Source of the DNA: Hamiltosporidium tvaerminnensis FI-OER-3-3
Taxonomy: Eukaryota; Fungi; Microsporidia
Assembly (NCBI GenBank): GCA_022605425.2
Contig: CM061247.1
Coordinates: 1,240,001-1,304,000 of the forward strand
Direction of reading: 5' to 3'
DNA length: 64,000 nucleotides
The notes under the pieces were generated by a model. It was not told where the DNA came from. It saw only the letters and a list, made by a program, of their open reading frames with translations, and made no database searches. The translations under genes were made by a program, and so were the position numbers. Every line of letters starts with the position of its first letter. The first letter of the stretch is position 1. Below, one piece after another: positions 12,567-26,250 of this stretch.

Positions 12567-14999
12567 ATGAACTTCATTGACTCTGTTTTCAAATTTTTTC
12601 CAGTTAGATTTTTTCAATTCGGCGAACTAAATTGTCGAAGGAATTTTAAGCCTGTGATTTGTACAAGTATTATAATACTGACTATCAGGCTATGTTCCTG
12701 TTCAAATAGGGTTACTTTTTTATTAAAAACGCCTTTCATAGGAGAAAAAATTGAATATAATATAAACGATAAATCGTTTTGTTTCGGATATAAAACAGAA
12801 AACCATATTTTAATTTGTCCAGGTAATCATATTATAGTTAATAACTGTATAATATGTACGAAATTTGATAATGATGTTTCACATATATTGTTGAAAAAAT
12901 ATATAATTTCTTATCCAGATGACTTTCCTTTGATCTCAAAATTCATTGAACAGTCTATCGAAGAAAAAGATGGTGATGACGTTGTTATTACATTGGAATA
13001 TTATTATTTCGATGATTTTTTATATATTCTGAATCTTTTAAAAAATCCTGATAATATTATTGGATCAATAGAGGTTATGAATATTGCTTTTATACTAAAA
13101 TTTTTGATGAAATTCGAAATTAAATATTGCAAATACTTGAATTCTTTTTTGAAATCATTGAGTGTTTACTTATTTTTACATTATATGAGTTCTGACAAAC
13201 CTTCTAGAACTGATTTTTCGATAATAATAAACGGTGAAAGCAATACAGGTTCGATTGTAATATTTATTCAAAAATTTTTAAATCTTTTTTATGTAAACTT
13301 CGAAAGATTGAATTACTTCTTTTCGAATAAAAATTCTTATTTTCCTGATCTGAAAAAAGGTACTATGGAAAACTTCTTCTCAGAAAAATCTCGAATTATG
13401 ATTTCCCCTTTAAACATTGCAATTTTTAAATATTTTTTGGAAGCGAAAATATTATATAACTTTTTAAACTTACTCTTCAATGCTATTAAAGTAAGAAAAT
13501 TGACATTTAATTGTCTCACAACAAAATTAAATTGGAATCAGACTAAATTTACAAACCTAATACCATTTTCATGTATTGAAATCGAAATTAGTATGTATTA
13601 TCTTGATATTAGCTTTATCAAGTATATATATCCTCTTTTGAGCAGATTTACTACAAAAAAATTTAAGATTTCGGTGACTGAAATTTGTTTAAAAACATTT
13701 GAAATTATAAAAATATTGCATAACTTGCAAATTCTATGTATTTCCTATGATTCTAATACCCAGAGTGATAGAATATTAAAAAATATTTTTCAATTACCTT
13801 CTTACATGCCAACTACACATATATCGTTAACATTGTCTGATAGTGTACTTAAAGACTTATATTCTTTCCCAAGTTTACTAGATAATATAAAACTTAGAAC
13901 CTTCTCATTTCATCTTAAAAGCCTTAAATCTATATCTTATTTGATCGATGAGGTCTATAGAAAGTTCAATTTAAATTTTTTCTTTCAAACATTGGCTGTC
14001 AGGTCTAAAAGCCCTTTAAAATCTTCAGAGTATAATACGTTGAAGAAATTCAAATTTACAAAGAGTTTTTCTTGTTTTTTTGATACAAATACAATTCGAA
14101 ATTACATAAACCAGGAATTCGGTTTTCTCTCGTCCTTTGTTTATATCAAGAGAATCCGTATTTCTAATATTATTATCAAAGATGAATTACTTCGATTTAT
14201 TTTTCATTCAAAATCTTTAAAAAGTGTTCAATTTGATAAAGGTACTATATCGGAAGCAATGAATTCTTGCTATCATTTTGAAAATGATAACCTTTGCCTT
14301 GAAAATTTTTTTATTGGGTATCTGGATCGACCTTTTACCAAAAATCTTCTAAAATATCTTCAAAATTTCAGAAAAATGAAATCGATTAAAATATCTGGGT
14401 ATGATCTTATCAACAGTATAATAATTTTTAATGTTATTTTTTATGATATAAACGACAAAATATTAGAATTCTTTGATCCTGAGTTTATTTTTGACGATTA
14501 TTTGTACATCAAAAATTTATCAATGAACAAGATTATGTTTAACTCTGATTTAATAAATGGTATTTTTAGCAAAAAATGGAATTTATCTAAACTGCGCAAA
14601 TTAAACTTAGAAGAGATGTCACTTTCGAAACCAGATATGATTTTTTTATCATCATTAGTATCGCTTTTGGATATTTCTTTCCAACGAGTGAAATTTCTAG
14701 ATTGTTTTTTTGGTGATCTATTGTCTCATCTAATTTTAAAAAAAAATTGCAGATTGCATTTAAGTGAAATTTCTCTGAGTAAGAGTGATTTGATAAAGTT
14801 TTCACATTTAAAGAATCTAAAATATTTTGAACTTTGTTTTTGCAGCATTTCGAATGAGAATCTTTTTTTATTGCGGCACTTGTATTTGAAAAATTTAAAT
14901 GAATTTAAATTACATGTAACCGGACTTACCCGCTGTTGTAGATTTTTTTACAAAGAGTTTTTTGCCGCATCTATCTTAGAGATATTGTATAACCGCTAA
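12567..14999 (+). CDS. 810-aa lineage-specific leucine-rich-repeat-like protein
   Basis: Long intact ORF; C-terminal LxxLxL repeats (LSKLRKLNLEEMSL, LKNLKYFELCFCSI); CCC motif shortly before ATG; hydrophobic stretch near N-terminus. Confidence 0.8.
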   Translation: MNFIDSVFKFFPVRFFQFGELNCRRNFKPVICTSIIILTIRLCSCSNRVTFLLKTPFIGEKIEYNINDKSFCFGYKTENHILICPGNHIIVNNCIICTKFDNDVSHILLKKYIISYPDDFPLISKFIEQSIEEKDGDDVVITLEYYYFDDFLYILNLLKNPDNIIGSIEVMNIAFILKFLMKFEIKYCKYLNSFLKSLSVYLFLHYMSSDKPSRTDFSIIINGESNTGSIVIFIQKFLNLFYVNFERLNYFFSNKNSYFPDLKKGTMENFFSEKSRIMISPLNIAIFKYFLEAKILYNFLNLLFNAIKVRKLTFNCLTTKLNWNQTKFTNLIPFSCIEIEISMYYLDISFIKYIYPLLSRFTTKKFKISVTEICLKTFEIIKILHNLQILCISYDSNTQSDRILKNIFQLPSYMPTTHISLTLSDSVLKDLYSFPSLLDNIKLRTFSFHLKSLKSISYLIDEVYRKFNLNFFFQTLAVRSKSPLKSSEYNTLKKFKFTKSFSCFFDTNTIRNYINQEFGFLSSFVYIKRIRISNIIIKDELLRFIFHSKSLKSVQFDKGTISEAMNSCYHFENDNLCLENFFIGYLDRPFTKNLLKYLQNFRKMKSIKISGYDLINSIIIFNVIFYDINDKILEFFDPEFIFDDYLYIKNLSMNKIMFNSDLINGIFSKKWNLSKLRKLNLEEMSLSKPDMIFLSSLVSLLDISFQRVKFLDCFFGDLLSHLILKKNCRLHLSEISLSKSDLIKFSHLKNLKYFELCFCSISNENLFLLRHLYLKNLNEFKLHVTGLTRCCRFFYKEFFAASILEILYNR

Positions 15000-15553
15000 G
15001 TTTTAATTCTTGGATAACTAGCGTTTTTGAAACATATTTTAGTGCTATAATACAGGGTTGTTTGTAATAAAAATGTTCATAGTGTTTCTTTTGATGGAAT
15101 CAAATGTGGGAAAATATATATTAAATTCTTATAAATTATCTATAAAAAAAATATTTTTTTATCTTTTTTTTCAGACCTAAGTAAACTACTAATCGTATTG
15201 ATGCATGATTTATAGAGCGTAACTGATGTTTTAAATCAAAGTCATAATTTCAATAAAATGTGTAGATTTGAAAATAATAAAAGATAGAGGTTTAAACAAT
15301 AATCGTTCAAACATCATTTTCTGTCTCGTTGCGAATTTATTAAGCTGCTATTAGTTCTTTTTGAAAATACCAAAAATTTATTAGCATAACGATGTAAATT
15401 TTAGATATAAATGTTTATTTGTACTAAAAGTTTGATTTCTCCTTTTCTTACTTAAATAAAAATTTTAATGATGAATACATTACCAACTAGTGTTCGTTAT
15501 ATCTAAAGAGAATTTACAAATATTTAATTTAAGATGTCTGTATGAGTAAAATG

Positions 15554-15778
15554 CCCCACCGTGTCGGGAACAAAATTGGCTTGGAGTATTCTTTGCTTGT
15601 CGTAAGAGGCGACTAAAAGAGATTAATCCTCTAAATTGGTGTTGGGCTAACAACCCATTTTTTAAAAACACCTTGTTACGAAACCCGAAAAAGTAAACAA
15701 ACTTACCGGAAAAAGATCGGTGGGCGGTATTACTGAGGGAGGCCAAGGCTCGTGTAGGGCTGTAGTGCCTAGGATGAA
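15554..15778 (+). mobile_element. 225-bp RTE-derived non-autonomous retroelement, copy 1
   Basis: Perfect 15-bp TSD TGTATGAGTAAAATG (15539-15553 / 15779-15793); RTE-type 3' end (LREAKARVGL*, GGGCTGTAGTGCC..GATGAATG); stem-loop GTCGT-AAGAG-GCGAC; homologue at 37.9 kb. Confidence 0.8.
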
Positions 15779-16944
15779 TGTATGAGTAAAATGATGTAAT
15801 TTATGATGTTGGTATGAATATAATAAACAATTTATAAATAGGTACAAAAGCAAAACAAATTAAATAATGATTATGTTTTCGAATCTAAAAACTATGAGGA
15901 TTTAAGAAAATTTAATATAGATGTAGAAGTTAGAAATCTATGGCATTTATACTTTAAACCAACAAATTTTTAACTATTTAACTGTATAGTAAACTTCGTA
16001 TTGAAAAATATTTAAGTATATTTTTTGTATTTTACACTTGAATTTGCGATCTTTAAAACTTTAGTAGAATCATTCATTTTTATTCAAAAGATAAATTTGC
16101 TTAATAATACAACTTAGATGTTGATGAAATAAATGAGAACATGTTTTGGAATCTTATAACCATATGAAATATAATCTCAATTAACAAACAATCATATATT
16201 TGTAAATGATTATTTTAAATTAGCACTATTCACAAAAAAAGTGCATTTTATTTATCTTTATCTAAACAATACTAATTATCTTAACTATAATATAAAGATT
16301 GTATTACACTAATTTTTGCATAATTTTTGTCACAAACTATCACTGTTTTTTCATTCGGTTTTTGAAATGATATTAAAATGCTATATATTTTCACATTTAA
16401 TAAGCATTTTTTGATTATCAGATTTCCATGTATCTCCTTTTTATTTTTTAAGAACTGATTTTTCATTTTGAAGTATTGCCGCAAATCTTTTTTTTAACAA
16501 CGATCAACATTAATCCTCATAATTTACCGACTTTGACCACGTAGTATTTTCGTTTATTATTCTTATTGGGCCCCATTGATGAATAACTCTATCGATACTC
16601 AGATACTCCTATATTAGTAATATACACCCTGCTTCTTTTTTTGCACCTGTATATTTGTCATATAACGAAGAATAATCTTGATGCATTAAATTTGGAGAGC
16701 AAGGTTCGAGCCTTTCCTTACTAAAACGATTTGCATTTTTAAGATTGAAGCAAGCTATCATTTACAGGGTCTAATACCTCATCAGAACACAAGCCTTTAT
16801 GTAAAAAAATTCATTTAACATACATGAGTTTGTATATATAGATATAAACATATTTACCTTGATATGGAAGTTTCTTTCTTGACTCTTTAACTACTAAAAT
16901 GTAAGTTTAAACGTTTAAAAAAATAAATTTATTATAACGAAACG

Positions 16945-17656
16945 ATGGTGGGATAGATAACAACATAAAGCACCATTTGATTAGCAATGAATATGTCGAA
17001 TGGATATGAAGATCCTCGTTTGGGTTCTCGGTGGAAATAAAAGAAAACCAAATTCTTGGTTCCTCCATGGGTGTTTGTATGAGGGGGAAGAGGTCTACGA
17101 AATAGCGATACTTTTTTACAAATCTATTTTGAGTTATTTACGTAACTAGATCGCATCTGCGCTTAAACTTATGTAATACCATGTCTACGCATTGATCACC
17201 CTTGGTCACTCGGGTTTGAAAGCTGAGCACTTGTGAGATACAAAATCAAAAAACATTTTGAAGCTTGGAATGCTAAGTAACAGGTTATGCTGTTTATATG
17301 GCATTAAATTGTTTAGGTGGACCCAATATAAGTCGCCGTGATATATCTTGGCATTACGTTTATTAGGTTCGGAAGGTTAGCGTAACTAATGATGCTGTAA
17401 AGTCTATGGGGAGCCTAGACGAGTTTCGGCCTACGCTCATACACCATGTAACAGACATTAACGAACTCCAGGCAACATCCTCGCTCATTAATTGCGTTAC
17501 ACACGTTTTAGATGAAAAGCTTTGGGATGTAGGTATCGTAGGGAATACCGATAGAGTTTGGAGTGCTGCTACTCATCTATACCTTGAACTACGTTAATGT
17601 TACATAAACAATATAAATTTCTCGTTTTTTAAAAGTACCAATATTCATTAAATAAA
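16945..17656 (+). mobile_element. Divergent full-length copy (G) of the ~715-nt non-coding element
   Basis: Colinear with copy A along its length (GAGGTCTA, TAGGTGGACCC, GACATTAACGAACTCC, GCTTTGGGA.GTAGGTATCG, CGTTAATGT, TTAAATAAA end); residual repeat AACGAAA at 16936-16942 / 17655-17661. Confidence 0.8.
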
Positions 17657-17803
17657 CGAAAATATGTAACTAATAATAGAGAACCAAAATAATTGCTTGA
17701 AAAAATTAATTTAAAATTTAAAACTTCTGCTAGAAATATTTTTATATGAAATATAAATCATAAAAGAACAACATTTTTAATTTTACCACAAAAATATTTT
17801 TGC

Positions 17804-18205
17804 TTATTTTTTCCCTTTCTTTTTCTTCTTAGGAACAAGCCCAAGTGGGTTTTTAACGTATCCTTTGTTCGCACTACAATTTTCTTCATCTTTAAGTTTT
17901 TTTTCTTCCTCTTTTTTAATCTCTTCTCGTAACTGTAAAATTACACCTTTTAAAGTATTAACAACACTTTTTTTGCCATACATTTTTTTAATCTGAAATC
18001 TTCCATTTGTAAAATAACTTCGTGGATGTTTTTTTTCTGGTTCTTCAATACATTCTATTTCTAATTTTTTAAAAGCAAGAGACATTTCTTTAAAACGTGG
18101 TTTGTCAACACAAAGAGTCTTATTATACTTTCTACCTTCCTGTTGTGTCTTGGTTGCATCGATATAGACAGGATATAAACAAAATGATTCTTTGTCTAAG
18201 GACAT
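17804..18205 (-). CDS. SRP19: Signal recognition particle 19 kDa protein (SRP19/Sec65)
   Basis: LYPVYIDATKTQQEGRK..P..EM..EPEKKHPR..GR signature; Lys-rich C-terminus. Confidence 0.9.
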   Translation of the reverse strand: MSLDKESFCLYPVYIDATKTQQEGRKYNKTLCVDKPRFKEMSLAFKKLEIECIEEPEKKHPRSYFTNGRFQIKKMYGKKSVVNTLKGVILQLREEIKKEEEKKLKDEENCSANKGYVKNPLGLVPKKKKKGKK

Positions 18206-21200
18206 AAGGATGTAAATGTTTTTTTTAAAAAATACAAATTTTTAAATTATTTTTTGATATGTAAAAACGAAGAATTGAAAAAAAGGAACATGAAAAAGGA
18301 AAAATTACAAACGAATTTTTAAGATGAATAAAGGCAATAAAAAAATAAAATATGCCTGTATGTCTAACTGGTAAACATCTTGAATTTTTTTGATACAGTT
18401 AGGAAAAATGCCTCTTGGAAAATTATAGGCACGTTTTTTCGGACTTAATATCATATTCTCTCACATTACTCCACCTTCTTTTTTGATTAAGCATCTGCAT
18501 ATGGACGATGGCACTGAATCATAAATAGATGTATTGGGTCTATTCTTAGAAGAGATTGGTCAATGATACTACAGATAATACTCAATTCTGAAAAATCAAA
18601 TTAACGAGGCTTAAAATGTTTTTGATAGTAAAGGCAGAGTATGGAATAATGTCTTAAAAAGTCCAATTGTGTATCTGATGTACTATAATGTGAATTTTTT
18701 TGCTTTGACACTATTGATGCGTTAAAGAATCTACTACGGAACAAAGAGAAGGATAGGAATAGAGAACGAAGTTAAATATAATCTAGCACATCAAACCATA
18801 ATTCCCGGCTAACAACTTAAGTTCTAAAAGCTTGATAAATATATTTTGCGATAAGCCAAGACAACCACCGAAATAGTAATTGAAAATCTTAAAGTTTTCA
18901 ATCTAAAATTTCGAATAAATTAATAGATGAATATGAAGTTTTTATGGTTGTGTAGTTTCAAGCAATATACTAGTTCTTGCGTATTGCAGGTATTTGCAGG
19001 ATATAACGAATTATATATTTGCTTAGATATGTTATGGCAAGAAAAAACATATAAAAAGATCTTGAACTGCATTAACTAAAATATATGAAGTAAAAATTTT
19101 GTTGGATATTTAGAAGATCTCTTTGATTATTCAACGACATAAGAAACCTGGTAAATCACAAGCAAATAGACCAAAGAAAACCATACACCCGTTTGATTTG
19201 ATTTGTACAAATTGGAGTTGTTTAATGGCTTTATTTAGAAAAAAATAATTTTTGGATATCTATTCTGAGAAAAATACAAATTTCAAATGTTAGGCGATTC
19301 ACGAAGAGAAATGTATATATATCATTTCGGGCCTATTTTTATCCTGGGTCATCTGAAGTAATTCATTGATTATGTGTTACATCGTGATGAATTTTAGGTC
19401 TTAGACTAAAATAATAGGTGGAGATGGGGTAGCCACTTTAAAATCTATCTGCTTGACAATGAATGTGTAGAATTGATGTGGAAATCTTTGTTGACGTTTT
19501 AGTGGGATATAAACCACACTGAATCTATAGGTAATTTCCTATAATCCCGAGTCCCAACTAAATATAAAAACGAATGATAAATTTTCATTTGTTCATCCTC
19601 GACACCGAGAGGTAAAAGATGAATTGAATAAGTATAGTAAGTCTAAAATAATAACAAATGCAAATAATCAAGTGAATAAACCACTCCATATGTGTCTTTT
19701 ATATCGAAACATTTTATAGCTGTTTTTTCTAGTGTAGGGATTTATGAATATCGAGAGCGAGTTGCTTTAAAAAAATTTATCGAAAATGATGGTGGAATTG
19801 TTTATCAAGAAACCTGTCATTATTATAAGTATCTTTATGAATTTTAAACATATTAAGAAGGAAACCGATAGAATGATTGATATTATCTTAGGCTTACATA
19901 TTTAATTTAAAAGAAATATAATTTAGACTCTAATTACACATCAATCAACGAAATATCAAATTTTAGCTGTAAATGGAAATCAAAAAGATATCTGTTGTTT
20001 TTAATGCGGGAAACCGTAATTACTGGGAAATATTGAAATTATGGGGGAGTACTCGGTGCGGAAGCGATATTACAGACTCTTCTGAATAGTGTGCCGAATT
20101 TTGCCCGCAAGAAAGTCGGAATTGTAATTGGTATTTTGAAAAGTCATATGGTGCAATAATCGCGGGTTTTTATTAAATACGCCAAAATGTATCCTTCCCG
20201 ATAGAATCCTTGAATTTATTAAATCTTTGTATTAAACATTTGAAATGCATAAAAAAGGATAATCAGTGAAAATATATAAATTGAAGAAAGAAAAACAGAA
20301 CTTATTAAGATAATTTGTCTGGTTTCCATGACAATATGTACGACAAATTAAGAAAAAAGTTCTTTTTAAATGCATAAGCCTAAATTCAAAAAATGTCCTT
20401 ATAAGACAAATAATTTCTGTTTTATAATGATTGGGGCTTTCGCAGCGAAGAGATGATGGCTTTTTTGCCATGATGAATAAATGCGATATCCAAATTGGAA
20501 ACCGTTTTATAAAACCAATCCCACAACTGATACAAAAATTTGCTTTCGAGAAGAAAGCTATTGTCTTACAAGACGAGTATGTGAGCAATTATAAGAGAAT
20601 ATTAAGGATAACAAGAGAGGACAAATGTCTGTTTGTCTAGGGAAATAAAAGAGATGATTTTATTAATTCCTGTAGGTTTTTAAAATATCTGCCTTCCAAT
20701 TCTACTCCATATATTTTCTTAAAGCCCTTAACTATTAGTAAAAGCCTCGAAAAAATTTCTGCGTGCTTATTAAAATGAGGTTTAACTGGAAAAATGTATT
20801 TATGGATTCTTTTGCCAGAAAGAGTGATTAAGAAATTTAGCTGAAGTCAATAAAAACCAATAGAAAAATATATTAAAATAAAAAGATAAATAAATAGACT
20901 TGCCCAAATAAGTTTGAAAACAAAAGAAGAGAATTAAAAATCAAATTTAATTATTTTTTAGGATTGTTAAAAAAATTTTGAATGGTTTTGTATTTCATTT
21001 ATTTATGCCTTTTAACATACTATCATTAAGCAAGATATTTATCAGAATATATGTATCATTCGAAAAGAAAGAGTTAATTAATTTGATTTGAGTTTAAGGG
21101 TTGTTGTCAAACCTCTTCTTTTTATTATTACTATATCACTAATATTGTAAGCAATATATATGATTTTAATGGGCGGTTTTATGTTTTTTAAGAGTCATAA

Positions 21201-21531
21201 AATCACTAACTTATCGCATACGTTCAATCTATATGTTCCAACTGCTGATGGTATTCCGTAATATTTTTGTTTATTTGATCAGCTAGCCTGCTTTTCGAAT
21301 GTAAATGGAGTCATATTCTTCACAAATAATCATTTTATTAACTTTTTTTCAAAATAAAAAAATTATTGTTGTTGTTTCATTCGTTTTCTTTAAAAAAACT
21401 CTGGTTATTCATAGAATACAAATGATCGAATTTAGTTTTTAAAAAAGTTTCCGTTCTTTCGAATATTCATTTGGATGTGATTCTAGGTAATAATTTAAAT
21501 GGAGTTCTGAAATTACAAAGATATAATTAAC

Positions 21532-22265
21532 TTTATTTAAAATTATCACATGTTTTTAACATAGTGGCAAGTGTTATTTTTGTTTTCATGCATTAACGCT
21601 ATTCTAGGTTTAACATAAATAACTGCTACCCGAACACTTCATCGTTACTCTCTGCGATACCTACGTCTCAAAGCCTTTCATCTACCGGTATGCAGAACCT
21701 ATTTAATAGGCGAGGCAGTTGCTTCGGGTTCTTTAATGTCTGTTACATGGTGTATAATCGAAAGCCCGAAGTTCATCGTGGGCTCCCCCCCCAAAAAAGA
21801 CTATGCAGCTTTCCCGCTTACTCTACACTTTCTAAACTTTGTTTAACCTCTAGCTAAGATATATTTCAGTGACTTACATATGGTTTTATTGGACAATGCA
21901 ATGCCGTACCAACAGGTATAACCTGCTACTTAGCTTTCCCGGCTTTAAATGGTCTTATTTTTTATATCTCCACGCGCCGAGTCTTCTAACCCTTTAAGCA
22001 ATGTTAGGTTTTCATGCTTTTACATGACAATTACCTACATTTTCAGCTGCGATCTGCAATCTAGTTGCATAAAAAACTATAAATTAAATTGTAAGAAAGG
22101 TTTTGTCGTTTTGTTAGACTTCTCCTCCTTATGCAAACTCTATGGAACAACTAAAGATGTAGTATGGTTTTATTCCCACCAAAAATTCAAACAATGATCC
22201 TCGCATTAGTTGCACACACTCATTCCCAAGCAGAAAGTTTTTTTATGTGGTTATCCTCACTCCAC
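21532..22265 (-). mobile_element. ~715-nt element, copy E (older, eroded)
   Basis: Reverse complement colinear with copy A from the GTGGAG start to TTAAATAAA; no convincing TSD left. Confidence 0.9.
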
Positions 22266-22775
22266 CATTAAATATAATATAATATATATTTTTATACTGC
22301 ATTTCTTTTATTCTGCTCTAAATCTTAAATTTGTAACATAACCTTTAGAATTTGTTTTTAAGCTGAGAAGACTTTCCACTTAATCATTGAAAACATTTCT
22401 GGATCATAATTAATTTGTTTTTCATAAGACCGTATTCCTTAAAAAAAACAATTTATATTAATGAATATTACTATATTTTAATGTGTACATATTTGGAAAA
22501 TTATATATATCGTCAAAAATCTCTATAATATTCCTACGTTTAGAAATTATAAAGATATAGAAGAATTTTAAAGCTACGATATACGCTGTCTTTAAATAAT
22601 CTAACGGTAATCTATTATATTTTTGTAAATTTTATTTTAAAGTACTAATATTTACATGGTTTAAAATTTTAAAATTGAGTTAATATTTCTCATTCGATTT
22701 AAGGAATGCTTAATATTGCCATTTATGTAAATATTAAATTTTAAAATTATAAATATGTAAAAATCCACGGGATTT

Positions 22776-23676
22776 ATGGGACGATATGGCCAACAATTAA
22801 AAATTCAGAAAGAAATGAATCGCAGAAACGGATATATTGGTGCTTTCATTATATTACAGCTCCTTCAAACCATTTTTTCGGCTATTTTATTTAACTTAAA
22901 GTTAGTCGAGATAAAGTTTATTACAACAAGTGTAGTAGCATTGACATTTTTACACATCTCTTCAACCATTTATATCGTTAACGCAATTTACGAAAAAAAT
23001 TTAGCACAAATATTTGTAGGAATCTTTATTTCTACAGTTGGAATTGTAGCTGAAATTTTTAATGCTTTCGATTCTGATACTTTTGGCAAACGATTTTTTG
23101 GTATTCTTGTGGTACTTACATTTATTACGCAATTAGTGGTGGGTTTAAGACTTTCTTACAATGATCTTTTGGATATTGAATGGTATTATTTTAAAAAAAT
23201 AGGTGCTGATGCAGATAAAAAAGGTAAGTTTATCAATTTAATTATTAGACGCGTTTAAAATACGAGGAAATCTAACAATGTTCTACAAAGCACATAATAT
23301 AATGATAATCAGTGCATTCTTTGTGTCTGTAACTGATATTCGATTTAGCAATGCCATTTTTGTGATAAATGCATTTTTGTGGCTATCCATTATTTTTATT
23401 GTTTATATAGGATTGAATTCTGAAGTCCCCATTGTTCGAAAAACCGGTATTTTTTTAGTTGCTACGGATATATTTTATATGATTTTTAAAATCGTTTATG
23501 TTTCTATTTTTTTTAATGGTCTATTAACGTAAGTGATTTTATTTTCTAATTTTAGCGGCAGGATTATAACTTGGGTATATAAAATGATAATAGAGGTGAT
23601 ATTCCTTTATTATTTATGTGTTGATATGCGATATTTTGGGAAAGGTTTAATCAAGTACTATTACAAGTATGATTAA
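22776..23676 (+). CDS. 282-aa multipass membrane protein (fungal UPF0658-like); exons 22776-23223, 23249-23528, 23556-23676
   Basis: Removing introns 23224-23248 (25 nt) and 23529-23555 (27 nt), both GTAAGT..TAAT..TAG, gives one ORF; several hydrophobic helices; motifs EWYYFKKIGAD and terminal YFGKGL recall UPF0658 proteins. Confidence 0.8.
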
Positions 23677-26250
23677 ATGATATTTTATCACTTTTTTTTG
23701 TATTTTTTGCTTTAAAATTTAATTAAGAGACTGATTGTTGTAAACTATTACATTTTATCAAAAAAAACTGCGCTTAGATAAAATATGTAATTTTTTAATA
23801 TTTATGATTTAATAGCATAAATTTGGAAGAAATCAGTTATATTTACCTTTTTTAGAAAAATTTTGATTATATTACTAAGAATGCCATGAAAATATTGAGT
23901 ATATAGAAATAATTACATGATTGAATTTTCTGAATGAAAAATATTGTCAAATTAAAGATAAGCCTCGAAACCAGATAGGCTTTGTGTAATAGCACGAAAT
24001 ATATATTAGTCAACACAACATACAAATTTTCTGATAATTGCCTCTCTTATAGTTAATCATTTAACTAGAAATACTATCCAGAATTAATTTTATCAGTGGT
24101 TGATATAATTCAGATCTTATTTATTATCTTTATCTCATAATATATTTAATAAAAGATATTTTTTCATTGGATCAATTAAAGTATAATATTATCTGTTAAA
24201 TGTTTTAAATTTGCTGATGAACTTTTATTATTTTAAATTTATGCTTCTGAATGAACACAAATTGTTTTTGTTACATAATTTATGAGTTTATCTCTTTAAT
24301 CAACTATATGGGCAGGGGTTATTTTATGACATGTTAATTTTAAGCTTAATAATCTGATTGTCTCAAGCCGATTCTAATATTTGCTCTCCTCAAAAAAATA
24401 TCTTGATTTCCAACTTTTTTTTAATTTTATAAAATATTTTACATGTAAATTTCTCCATTTATACGAAATCTAGTAAAATGTTCTTTTTAAATTTATATCA
24501 ATAAAGTGAATTCTTTGATCCTAAAATAATCAAAATTATCCGTACAAGTACTCTTTTATTCTTATAAAATCAAGGAATTTAATGAAACCTGAATTATAGG
24601 ACTCTTTTTGTGCTGCTTATATATTTTTTTACATACAATTACATCTTTATTATAAAAATTATGATTAATGAATTAAAACTTTAAAATTGAATTCTTTGGA
24701 AATTTTAAGTGCACAAGATGTTAAATGTATCTCCTTTTATTATTACCATTGATCCTATAAGTTCTATAAATAAATAATAAAAATCCCAATATATCATATT
24801 GACGGGTTTATAAATATCTATATATGATATTACTTGGAAATATGATAAGAGATTAGAAAAATACGGGTAGTAAAAAGCGTGAATATAAATAAGCAAACTT
24901 ATATTGAAAGCAAATTTGAAATCCACGGAATTGCAGGAATATACGAATATTCTCGAGGATCTTTAAATGATTTAAATGAAGGCTAAAGCGTTTTTTTAAA
25001 TCAGCGGTTTTTTTTGCGGAACTCTATTTATTATTTTTCTCTAAGAATTGGCTTGAGTTTATAAATTCTCTCTTCGTTTAAAATATGGCATTGTAAAAGT
25101 TGTAGGTTATGTGATCGAAAAGTAAAAAATAAGAATACATTTTCTTTTTATTTACATTTTATAATGTTTGGTCTAGTACGGAGATATGAAATGTTATTTT
25201 ATATTTTTTTTTATAGATTAAATTAATTCTTGAAAATATCTTCTTGTTAATAACGCTTAAAAGCAAAATCTTCAATTAAATATAATTTAGGAATTTTACG
25301 ACTTGAACATTTAGGTTTATTTACTTTGTTTTTTCGAAATAGATTATAAAAGGCCTTCCGTATCTTTATAGCATATATTAAGTCATTAGGAATCTCTACA
25401 AATTTATATTTTTTCCGAAGCATTTCTTTTTGTTTCGAGATTCATTCATTCAGAAAAAGCTAAATTTTAAGAAATTCTCAATTCAATTAACTCTTCTTTA
25501 TTATATGCTGTTATTTATTCTATTGGTTTATAAAATCAGAAAGAAAGAAAAAAACTGGTATCTAAAATATCTTTTAATCAAATAAGTATACAATCGAGTG
25601 TTCTATTGATAATTTAGTGAATTCTTTTACTCTAGTGTTTGCAAACACTATAATTTATTAAAGCAGTTCAATGAATTCAACAGATGTTATAAAAACCTGA
25701 ATATTTTAATATTCTTGGTACCTTTAAGTATCAACTGTGTATAATACGGAATACTTATAATGATTTCCTAAAAATTTGAAAGTATATGGTTCAACTATAA
25801 CTTTAAAATGTAGAATATTTACTGAAAGAATATTTTCTGGTGATTGATTTGTCAAAGTATATTTGAAACCAAAACAAGACTATTTCAGTCTTCATCTTTA
25901 AGCCTTTCCGTAGATTTAAAAATCAAACCGACCAAGAAAATATGGTTTAGCTGTTGATCATTGCTTTGCCATAAAAATTACTAATGGGATGCTGGAACTT
26001 AATTACCGATTTTATAATTTCTATAAATGTGTTTGTCTATTTATCAAATATAATACCTACATAATTCGAATTTATTTTTCTTAACCAATCCCGATGCAGC
26101 GATAGCAGTTCAATATATAAAACGAGTGTGTACATAAACAAATCCAAACTGAATTATCGTAAAAATATTTATGATTCTAAGCTCAGCTTTTCTATGAAAA
26201 AAATATTAAAATATTGTAATTCTTATAATTAGATTCTAATCATTGTTAAT

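Noticed and set aside
17363-17382. AGGTTCGGAAGGTTAGC resembling SRP RNA helix 8, next to SRP19
   Set aside because: Not conserved in the other six copies; no Alu or S-domain fold evident
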